Shown: one piece after another, positions 48,701 through 59,700 of the stretch
Position numbering within the stretch: the first letter of the stretch is position 1
How the letters are laid out: every line of letters starts with the position of its first letter
Assembly (NCBI RefSeq): GCF_947568905.1
Contig: NC_079170.1
Span: 6,758,001-6,822,000, forward strand
From: Ostrea edulis
Lineage: Eukaryota
DNA: 64,000 bases
Direction: 5' to 3'
Made by a program: the position numbers and the translations under genes
Notes under the pieces: model-generated
Told to the model about the DNA's origin: nothing
The model's database searches: none
Seen by the model: only the letters and a program-made list of their open reading frames with translations

Positions 48701-50227
48701 GGTTATATAATTAGTAACAATAGTCACAACTAACCTAACAAACTGACCCTTTTAATTACTAATATTCCAGGTAAGTGAAATCATTAGTGGGTCCAATCAC
48801 AGGCAATTGCATCGCTTGGGGTCGAATTTACTATATAAAGAGTAAATTCGACCCCAAGCGATGCAATTGCCTGTGGGTCCAATATTATAGGTTCAAAACC
48901 TTTCAACATGTTCAACTTGAATAAAGTCGAAATTATTGTGGGCCCCAAGCTGAATGAGGCCTAAACCTCTGTGGGTCCTGTAGTATTATAGAACTGAAAC
49001 CCCTATATGGGTCCAACTTGAATAGAGTAAAAACTTCCAATTTCAACACAGCAGAAGCCTCCAGCAATCAATCATCTTTTATTGCATAGAAGTGTAGCGA
49101 TCAGCCGGGTTCGATCGCTGGTGGCCAGATAGCTCAGTTGGTAGAGCACCTGACTAGAGAATTCAGGGGGCCCAGGTTCAAATCGGGGTCTGGTCTAGCT
49201 GTTGCATTTTCTCCAGTTACAGATGTTACTGTTTACTACGTACTACTCTTTTAATGCATTTCAATTCTTTAGCAGCATTTATCATATTTTGTGTAGAATT
49301 CTCTTCCTTCACCTGTTTGTACAGCTGCAGATCTGTAGCTCTCTGGGAAAATATTGGGTCAGACTAGGTGTTTTGTTTTTATTAACAGGTTGGGAACACT
49401 TCCCCTATGGCGAGAATTTAAAACGCGATTATCCCTCTTTAGCGAGAGTGTAAACATTACCATAAATAGGTGTTTTAGCGACTTTATTGAAAATAATGGC
49501 AAATCCCGTGTAACGCTGAATAAGACAACTGTGACACACTTTCAACATGATGCGAATTGTCTCTGTGAAATTCACAACATAGTCAAGAAATTGCATATCA
49601 ACGTTGCTGTGTAAGAGGGAAGCAGTCTGAAATCCACATTGTGAGTGTTTTTGTTTTGATTAATATATTTGCAGAAGTATCAGACATTTTAGCACTTTTT
49701 TCTTCTTTTCACGTGAAACACGAAGAGATATGTACTCCACGGGTGTTTTTCTCGGTTGTACGGGATATATTTACTCTCGCCAGAGAGGGATAATCGCGTT
49801 TTAGCGGGAATATCTCGCTATAGGGGAAGTGTTCCCAACCTGATTAAGGGTGGTATGGTATAGATCTATACTATTATTATTATTGCAGACAAAATGACCC
49901 GTTCCTGGTGTGGTCAGACCTTGTCTGACCCAATATTTTCCCCAGAAAGTTACAGATCTGCAGCTATTGTTTGAAGGGTCAGACGGGTAACATATAAGCA
50001 AAACTGTATACATTTACCATCTTTTTACCCAAAACATGGGCAATGATGTATTCGGCAGAGAAACGAGATTCTGTGTCCTCTATTCCAACATTTTGAAATT
50101 TTCTGATCAAATTTGAGCACACTTTGATTGCATCACTGGGATACGCACTGCTGGAATAGCAAGAAATTGGATTCCTCGTTGCTCTGTAAAAAGCGTGAAG
50201 TCCCTGAATCCTCGTCAGACATCGCAT
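36751..50227 (-). CDS. HEMK1: HemK/PrmC-family N5-glutamine methyltransferase (mitochondrial release factor methylase), 322 aa, 9 exons
   Basis: Exons 50018-50227, 48525-48607, 48306-48399, 47072-47188, 41178-41295, 38755-38860, 38536-38631, 37846-37959, 36751-36781 (969 nt, phases join). Motifs [52 protein letters not shown]; basic N-terminus resembles a mitochondrial targeting peptide. Confidence 0.95.
37719..37881 (-). repeat. 65-bp tandem repeat (~2.5 copies) spanning the HEMK1 exon-8 donor (duplicate 18026-18188)
   Basis: GGAATTTGTCAAGTCTRTTGAGGATTTCACCAGAAG|GTAGGCAAAATTG...; donors at 37845 and 37780. Confidence 0.9.
41885..46908. repeat. ~39-bp satellite, copy B (contains assembly gap)
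   Basis: Directly visible; same unit as 22432-24815. Confidence 0.95.
44892..45031. other. Assembly gap (140 N)
   Basis: Run of n characters. Confidence 1.
47695..48355 (-). repeat. 60-bp minisatellite, 11 copies, spanning the HEMK1 exon-3 donor
   Basis: Unit ACAGTTAAATTATCTCCACCAGTCCTCATCCCCAGACCGGAAACTGAG|GTAGGTACAGTT; open frame [20 protein letters not shown] x11. Confidence 0.97.
48798..48875. mobile_element. 78-bp perfect hairpin element with 8-bp target-site duplication
   Basis: 35-bp arms CACAGGCAATTGCATCGCTTGGGGTCGAATTTACT and its exact reverse complement, 8-nt loop ATATAAAG, flanked by GGTCCAAT at 48790-48797 and 48876-48883. Confidence 0.85.
49123..49195 (+). mobile_element. tRNA-like pseudogene / SINE head
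   Basis: Acceptor GGCCAGA/TCTGGTC and D-arm GCTC/GAGC pair, but the anticodon loop is 9 nt and the T-stem is mismatched. Confidence 0.7.
49323..49965. mobile_element. MITE with ~48-bp TIRs, containing a nested MITE
   Basis: AGCTGCAGATCTGTAGCTCTCTGGGAAAATATTGGGTCAGACTAGGT vs reverse complement of ACCTTGTCTGACCCAATATTTTCCCCAGAAAGTTACAGATCTGCAGCT. Confidence 0.8.
49386..49842. mobile_element. Nested MITE with ~30-bp TIRs
   Basis: CAGGTTGGGAACACTTCCCCTATGGCGAGA ... TCTCGCTATAGGGGAAGTGTTCCCAACCTG, flanked on both sides by ATTAA. Confidence 0.8.
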
Positions 50228-50751
50228 ATCAAAAGTGAAAGTAAAAGTACGTCCACGTGGGTTTGTCGTCTTAATAACTTGATTACCGGAAAATCACAAT
50301 TTTGGAAAAGTATTTCTTCATTCTATCAATAAGGTGATATCATTATTATGAAAACGAGAGAGAAAATCGCCACCGTTTGCAATTTTTAAAGGGACTTATG
50401 AACGAGTTATTCAGTACCAAGTTAAAAACCTCAAACTGAAAGTGAAAATAGAACCCGAACGTGTACACGACATGTAAAACAGTTAAGTTCACAAACTGTG
50501 CTGATGACGTCTTCCAAAAAAGGTTTCATAGTTGTACTTTAAACTGAAATTAGTTTGCCGGTAATTTTATTAATATGGAAAGGATACATCATTGATGCGT
50601 GACCTATTTTAGACGTTGATGGTTAGATTATGGAACTTCACTTCAGTAACGGTCCAGTGAATTGAGTAAATATATATTAATTCAATTTACTAAATAGCTT
50701 TCGGCGTATTTAATCATTTCAATTTCGTGTATCGCAACTTAAAGACACAAG
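50228..50751. promoter_or_regulatory. Putative bidirectional promoter shared by HEMK1 and SUMF1
   Basis: Divergent start codons only 524 nt apart; repeat-free; CRE-like TGACGTC near 50504. Confidence 0.65.
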
Positions 50752-53700
50752 ATGGAAAAATACATTGCTTGTATACTTCTACTTTCACTTTTCCTGCATA
50801 CTTCTTGTCAAACATGTGACGAAGATTCTAGTCAGTGCGAGGGGGATTCCAAAAAATCAGGATGCGGATGCTCAGCAAGTCGAGATTCCTCAGAACACTC
50901 CAATGACGAACAACCAGGTGACAAGTCTGTCAAAGACATTTTTGACATATCTGATCTTTCAAGGACCAACGAGATGTTGTTCATAGAACGCGCTACATTC
51001 ACCATGGGTACGAACGAGCCAGTGTTCCCCGTGGACGGGGAGGGGCCTGCCAGAAAAGTCACCGTGGATTCGTTTTACCTCGACAAACACGAAGTCAGTA
51101 ACGCGGAGTTTCAGAGATTTGTGGAGGACACAAATTATGTGACAGAGGTATCAAATTGTTTTATGTTCATAAATAAAAATATCATTTGAAATCACCCCTA
51201 AAGAACTACAGACGTTTGTAACATTTATAACGCATCTCCAGAAACAGTTTCATTATAACCACGATAACTGCCATTAGCTTTTATTTTGTATACTGAAATT
51301 AACATAATGTGTGGTCATTACTATATAATATCAAAGTACTGTAGATCCCTTAGTAATTTTACGCCAGTACTTAAATATGGTGAAATACCTTGTATACATC
51401 AAATCGTGTGAACATGAATTCGCGTGTCGTCTGTCAATCAAGAGATTTTGCATGTATTTTAGCAACAGAAAATTAAAAACGAGTAATTTTATTTCGTAAG
51501 TGATGCGTCTCACGAATTTACACAATGATAAATTCCTCGTGTACATTTAGGAATCTACAGTATGTTTTACTTAAAAGGTTATTGACTGAAAATCGTAAAT
51601 ACGCCTGTCCAAGGTCAGTACGAGGTAAAGCCGACCAAGCTGGCAAGGTGCACTCTGCTTCTGTGCAATGATTGAAGGCATTTGAAATATAAGTGTCAGA
51701 GCTTCGGAGGACCAATGAGATCTAAGTATAGGAGTGCTTATATATATTGTGACATTAAATGTTGACATTTTTGGTCGTATAAAGGTGTCTAACAACGTAA
51801 ACAGATGTCACAATCACCTGGTTATTTTTAAAAATGTAAGTAAATTGTGATGTCATGATTTAGTTAAAGTAGTCCCGGGGTATCTACAGAGCAACTTTTA
51901 TGGCTCAACAGTATGGCCCAGGTATCCTCTATATAATCTATTGGGGAAAATATTAAAGCATGTTTTAAGTGTATGAAAGATGAATAATCAGTTGAACTTT
52001 TTTTTCTACAGGCAGAAAGTTTTGGAAATTCATTCTGCCTTGAGAATTATGTGAGTGAAGAAATTCTCAAAAATGTAACCCAGTCGGTAAGTAATTGAAA
52101 GCACTAACAAATCATAGATTTATATCCTATAAAAATCATAGAAACATTTTGTTTGCCCTAGCATGACAAATTGAAATGAATATCTCCATCTCGAAGGTTT
52201 TATCCACACTTTTTGACATTTCCTTATATTAATTTTTCCCTAAAATTTTCAGGCATTTGTGTCTTAATTTTCCTTGGTTTCTATAGAAACAACTGAATGC
52301 AAACTGAACTTTTTCAATACGACTTTCAAGCCTGCTGTGTAGTCATCATATTTGTGGGAGCTCAATTTTTGTAGATTTTGTGGGAACCCCTATCCCACAA
52401 ATGGAGAAAACACAATGTACAAAATTTATGTGGTACACGTACAGAATTCAACCATTACAATTGTGAATCTGTTTACGGAATCTTGGCATCAGGCAATCAA
52501 TGGAAATTGGCCCCAATGAATTTAAATTATTCTACAGTGTCCCTACATTAGATTACTATCATGGAAAGGATCTCTGACAATGAAATATTTCCAGGTTTTT
52601 TAATTATCTGATTTAATTGTTACAATAGTTTCGATTTGGCACAATAAAGAAGAATAAATTTCCACTGCACTGGGCTAATTCCATTTTGAGTGGAGATTTT
52701 ACTGTGTGACCCGCAAAGCCAGAAAGACGCATAGAGGTCGATTTGTCATGTGTCTGTCTCTCTGTCCATCTCTCTGGCATCTTGTCTGTCTGTCTGTGTG
52801 TGTGTGACAAGTCCTACTCTTACTATAAAGCACCTGCAGGTGACACAAAGCTATGGTAAACTTTAACCCCATACATAAATTTATTAGGCTGTTTTCATCA
52901 TGATATGAATAGAATATCATTTCTACAGGGAGACCAAGCTCCATAGAATATAAACAATGAATCCTTTTTTAGTACTGTGTGACACATAATATTGTTTTTT
53001 ATTGTATGATTGAGTAATTCTTTTTTATTGGCTCAGATCCAACAAAATAGAACCTTATGTTCATCTGTACCTTCAAATAGCTGCAATAATGTAACCCTCT
53101 CCGATTTTTTTTTTTTTTTTGAATGTCAGAATAAAAACAATCGGATAGAGCTACATTATTGCAGCTCTATAACCTTCAAAGTGAATATAACACTCTGATT
53201 AATCCAACATTGGGCCAAAAGGAATTTGGAATTTCAAAATCTATACGATATTGATTTTAATTTTTTTGGTCACGCAATAAAATTCTGTCTCTCTTGACTA
53301 TCTAGTACAAATTCATTGTAAAGAAAGAGTAACTTCTATCACAAACAAATTCATTGTAAAGAAAGAGTAACTTCTATCACAAACCAATTCATTGTAAAGA
53401 AAGAGTAACTTCTATCACAAACCAATTCATTGTAAAGAAAGAGTAACTTCTATCACAAACCAATTCATTGTAAAGAAAGAGTAACTTCTATCACAAACAA
53501 ATTCATTGTAAAGAAAGAGTAACTTCTATCACAAACCAATTCATTGTAAAGAAAGAGTAACTTCTATCACAAACAAATTCATTGTAAAGAAAGAGTAGCT
53601 TCTATCACAAACAAATTCATTGTAAAGAAAGAGTAACTTCTATCACAAACAAATTCATTGTAAAGAAAGAGTAACTTCTATCACAAACCAATTCATTGTA

Positions 53701-56700
53701 AAGAAAGAGTAACTTCTATCACAAACAAATTCATTGTAAAGAAAGAGTAACTTCTATCACAAACCAATTCATTGTAAAGAAAGAGTAACTTCTATCACAA
53801 ACCAATTCATTGTAAAGAAAGAGTAACTTCTATCACAAACCAATTCATTGTAAAGAAAGAGTAGCTTCTATCACAAACAAATTCATTGTAAAGAAAGAGT
53901 AACTTCTATCACAAACCGGAAAAACAACAAATTCATTGTAAAGAAAGAGTAACTTCTATCACAAACCGGAAAAACAAATTCATTGTAAAGAAAGAGTAAC
54001 TTCTATCACAAACCGGAAAAACAAATTCATTGTAAAGAAAGAGTAACTTCTATCACAAACCGGAAAAACAAATTCATTGTAAAGAAAGAGTAACTTCTAT
54101 CACAAACCGGAAAAATAAATTCATTGTAAAGAAAGAGTAACTTCTATCACAAACCGGAAAAACAACAAATTCATTGTAAAGAAAGAGTAACTTCTATCAC
54201 AAACCGGAAAAACAAATTCATTGTAAAGAAAGAGTAACTTCTATCACAAACCGGAAAAACAAATTCATTGTAAAGAAAGAGTAACTTCTATCACAAACCG
54301 GAAAAACAAATTCATTGTAAAGAAAGAGTAACTTCTATCACAAACCGGAAAAATAAATTCATTGTAAAGAAAGAGTAACTTCTATCACAAACAAATTCAT
54401 TGTAAAGAAAGAGTAGCTTCTATCACAAACAAATTCATTGTAAAGAAAGAGTAGCTTCTATCACAAACAAATTCATTGTAAAGAAAGAGTAGCTTCTATC
54501 ACAAACAAATTCATTGTAAAGAAAGAGTAGCTTCTATCACAAACAAATTCATTGTAAAGAAAGAGTAGCTTCTATCACAAACCGGAAAAACAACTGTGGA
54601 ATTATCGTAACATCAAAGATCCCCAAACAGGTATCATTGGGTGAGTTCTAGCAGCACAGGTTTCAATGTTTTAAATCATTTAATTAGTGATACAGTGTAT
54701 GATAAACAGAAACTGGCGTATCTATAATGACTTTTGTCTAGGTCTTGCAGTGCACTAGAATGTCTATAAAAATGGCTGACCTGCTATCATTTCTAAGGCT
54801 CTAGTACTACAGTAGTCAGTTTTAATTATCTTGTTTATTCAGTCATACGATAAAACCATTAGTGGCATTTTCTTAGTACATAGTTAATCTTAAAGTGCAC
54901 TATTAATCTCACACTCCAGGCCTCAGGTGCATGTTGTACTTCACAGGTAGGAAAAACATCACACTGACCTCACACTATCAATAATTGTATTGAATCTCAA
55001 TTTAAACACTAGATAACACAAGATGTCCTTGGATTTGTCTAGGTTGCTGCTGCCCCCTGGTGGATCCCGGTTAATGGAGCGGATTGGCGACATCCCAATG
55101 GACCAGATACCTCCATTAAAGATATGTAAGTCTGCGATCAATATCTAGAGATATTATAATTATAGTCCTCTGTATGTGGATATCTAGAGATGTTATAATT
55201 ATACTCCTTAGAAATCATCTGGATATCTAGAGATATTATAATTATAGTCCTCTGTATCTGGATATCTAGAGATATTATAATTATAGTCATCTGTATTATC
55301 TGGATATCTAGAGATATTATAATTATAGTCATCTGTATTATCTGGATATCTAGAGATATTATAATTATAGTCATCTGTATTATCTGGATATCTAGAGATA
55401 TTATAATTATAGTCATCTGTATTATCTGGATATCTAGAGATATTATAATTATAGTCCTCTGTGTCATCAGGATATCTAGAGATATTATAATTATAGTCAT
55501 CTGTATTATCTGGATATCTAGAGATATTATAATTATAGTCGTCTGTATTATCTGGATATCTAGAGATATTATAATTATAGTCGTCTGTATCATCTGGATA
55601 TCTAGAGATATTATAATTATAGTCATCTGTATTATCTGGATATCTAGAGATATTATAATTATAGTCCTCTGTGTCATCTGGATATCTAGAGATATTATAA
55701 TTACAGTCCTCTGTGTTATCAGGATATCTAGAGATATTATAATTATAGTCCTCTGTATCTGGATATCTAGAGATATTATAATTATAGTCCTCTGTATCTG
55801 GATATCTAGAGATATTATAATTATAGTCCTCTGTATCTGGATATCTAGAGATACTATAATTATCTACTCTGTGTCATCTGGATATCTAGAGATATTATAA
55901 TTATAGTCGTCTGTATTATCTGGATATCTAGAGATATTATAATTATAGTCGTCTGTATTATCTGGATATTTAGAGATATTATAATTATAGTCGTCTGTAT
56001 CATCAGGATATCTAGAGATATTATAATTATAGTCGTCTGTATTATCAGGATATCTAGAGATATTATAATTATAGTCGTCTGTATTATCTGGATATCTAGA
56101 GATATTATAATTATAGTCATCTGTATTATCTGGATATCTAGAGATATTATAATTATAGTCGTCTGTATCATCTGGATATCTAGAGATGTTATAATTATAG
56201 TCCTTTGTAATCCCCTGGATATCTAGAGATATTGGATCGAATATCGGAGGACATATTTTTTTTGGTTTGTCATCAACTTTGACATTATTCATAATTTTTG
56301 GACTATACAATATCTATGTAATATATAGTCTTTCATAGTGATGAATTGAAAGGTAAAGGTCAAAACTATGTGACTGATACAGGTCAAGGTCACTTGTCAA
56401 AATAGAGACATTTTCAGGGCAAACTGTAGAATTATGTAAACACATCTATTTATTACAAGCATTCCTATTTTTCAGAAAGCAAAACAGTGCTGTCTTTTGC
56501 ATTGATCAAGTTTTCCTATGTGTAAAAAAAATCGAGACATCTTTCTTGAAAATAATGTGATTTGTTTGTCCTTTGTGTAGAATGGATCACCCTGTTGTCC
56601 ATGTATCTTGGAATGATGCTGTCAAGTATTGTGAGTGGGCAGGCAAAAGACTGCCCACAGAGGCGGAGTTTGAGCGGACATGTAAAGGCAATCTCAAATC

Positions 56701-59700
56701 AAGGCAAGAACATCTTCTATTTCTGTGTGTGCAGTAAATACAATTGGATAACTCATTCAGAAGAATGTGTCTTAAAATTTCTATTTAGATGATGTCATCT
56801 TTGTCCCAGTATTCTCTCTGTCTGGGATTAATGTAGTCATGCTTAGTTATAAACTCATGTAAAACGTAAAATCATAATGTGGAAGTGAGAATCATGGGTC
56901 TTTCAGATATCACCTTAAAAACAAAGGTCCCTAGGTACGGCAGGCTTTGGCACAATAAAGAACCCTCACTGCTACGACCCTGAGCGCTAAGCATATGTCT
57001 AAATTTGTAGTACTTCATCAGCAGCTGGTGACATTTCAATATGAGTGAAAAATTTCTTGATAGGATGTAAAAAAAAAAAAAAAATCATCCATTAATCATA
57101 ATAAATTACAGGATCTTTCCCTAGGGGAACAATGTACGAACTTGATATCTAATCTGTCAAATCATAATGTGTTACAGGCTCTTTCCCTGGGGGAACAAGG
57201 AGGAACCTAAAGGGAAACATTGGATGAATATATGGCATGGAAAATTTCCCTCAGAAAACACAGCTAGTGATGGATATTACACTACAGCCCCAGTAAGATG
57301 TTCACTGTAAATTACTTATATTACACTACAGTAAGATGTTCACTGTAGATTACTTATATTACACTACAGTAAGATGTTCACTATAGATTACTTATATTAC
57401 ACTACAGTAAGATGTTCACTATAGATTGCTTATATTACACTACAGTAAGATGTTCACTATAGATTACTTATATTACACTACAGTAAGATGTTCACTATAG
57501 ATTGCTTATATTACATTACAGTAAGATGTTCACTGTAGATTACTTATATTACACTACAGTAAGATCTTCATTATAGATTACTTATATTACATTACAGTAA
57601 GGTGTTCACTGTAGATTACTTATATTACATTACAGTAAGATGTTCACTGTAGATTACTTATTTTACACTACAGTAAGATGTTCATTCTATATTACTTATA
57701 TTACATTACAGTAAGATGTTCACTGTAGATTACTTATATTATACTACAGTAAGATGTTCACTATAGATTACTTATATTACACTACAGTAAGATGTTCACT
57801 ATAGATTACTTATATTACACTACAGTAAGATGTTCACTGTAGATTACTTATATTACATTACAGTAAGATCTTCATTATAGATTACTTATATTACATTACA
57901 GTAAGGTGTTCACTATAGATTACTTATATTACTCTACAGTAAGATGTTCACTATACATTACTTATATTACACTACAGTAAGATGTTCACTGTATATTACT
58001 TATATTACATTACAGTAAGATGTTCACTGTAGATTACTTATATTACACTACAGTAAGATGTTCACTATAGATTACTTATATTACACTACAGTAAGATGTT
58101 CACTATAGATTGCTTATATTACACTACAGTAAGATGTTCATTATAGATTACTTATATTACACTACAGTAAGATGTTCACTGTAGATTACTTATATTACAC
58201 TACAGTAAGATGTTCACTGTAGATTACTTATATTACATTACAGTAAGATGTTCACTATAGATTACTTATATTACATTACAGTAAGATGTTCACTGTAGAT
58301 TACTTATATTACATTACAGTAAGATGTTCACTATAGATTACTTATATTACATTACAGTAAGATGTTCACTGTAGATTACTTATATTACATTACAGTAAGA
58401 TGTTCACTATAGATTACTTATATTACACTACAGTAAGATGTTCACTGTAGATTACTTATATTACACTACAGTAAGATGTTCACTGTATATTACTTATATT
58501 ACATTACAGTAAGATGTTCACTATAGATTACTTATATTACACTACAGTAAGATGTTCACTATAGATTACTTATATTACATTACAGTAAGATGTTCACTGT
58601 ATATTACTTATATTACACTACAGTAAGATGTTCACTATAGATTACTTATATTACACTACAGTAAGATGTTCACTGTAGATTACTTATATTACATTACAGT
58701 AAGATGTTCACTGTAGATTACTTATATTACATTACAGTAAGATGTTCACTGTAGATTACTTATATTACACTACAGTAAGATGTTCACTGTAGATTACTTA
58801 TATTACAATACAGTAAGATGTTCACTGTAGATTACTTATATTACACTACAGTAAGATGTTCATTATAGATTACTTATATTACTCTACAGTAAAATGTTCA
58901 CTGTAGATTACTTATATTACTCTACAGTAAGGTGTTCATTATAGATTACTTATATTACAATAAGATGTTCACTATAGATTACTTATATTACTCTACAGTA
59001 ATATGTTCACTATAGATTACTTATATTACACTACAGTAAGATGTTCACTGTAGATTACTTATATTACACTACAGTAAGATGTTCACTATAGATTACTTAT
59101 ATTACACTACAGTAAGATGTTCACTATAGATTACTTATATTACACTACAGTAAGATGTTCACTATAGATTGCTTATATTACTCTACAGTAAAATGTTCAC
59201 TGTAGATTACTTATATTACTCTACAGTAAGGTGTTCATTATAGATTACTTATATTACAATAAGATGTTCACTATAGATTACTTATATTACTCTACAGTAA
59301 TATGTTCACTATAGATTACTTACATTACACTACAGTAAGATGTTCACTATAGATTACTTATATTACATTACAGTAAGATGTTCACTGTAGATTACTTATA
59401 TTACACTACAGTAAGATGTTCACTATAGATTGCTTATATTACTCTACAGTAAAATGTTCACTGTAGATTACTTATATTACATTACAGTAAGATGTTCACT
59501 ATAGATTACTTATATTACACTACAGTAAGATGTTCACTGTAGATTACTTATATTACATTACAGTAAGATGTTCACTGTAGATTACTTATATTACATTACA
59601 GTAAGATGTTCACTATAGATTGCTTATATTACACTACAGTAAGATGTTCACTGTATATTACTTATATTACACTACAGTAAGATGTTCACAATAGATTACT

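Noticed and set aside
49123-49195. Functional tRNA gene (also 15121-15192)
   Set aside because: Anticodon loop is 8-9 nt, stems are mismatched, and copies share non-tRNA flanks; treated as SINE heads.
51380-51730. Possible additional mobile element in SUMF1 intron 1
   Set aside because: CpG-richer than flanks but no TIR, TSD or coding motif could be identified by eye.
55138-56310. Ile-rich and [11 protein letters not shown] repeat ORFs
   Set aside because: Antisense translations of the 42-bp intronic minisatellite.
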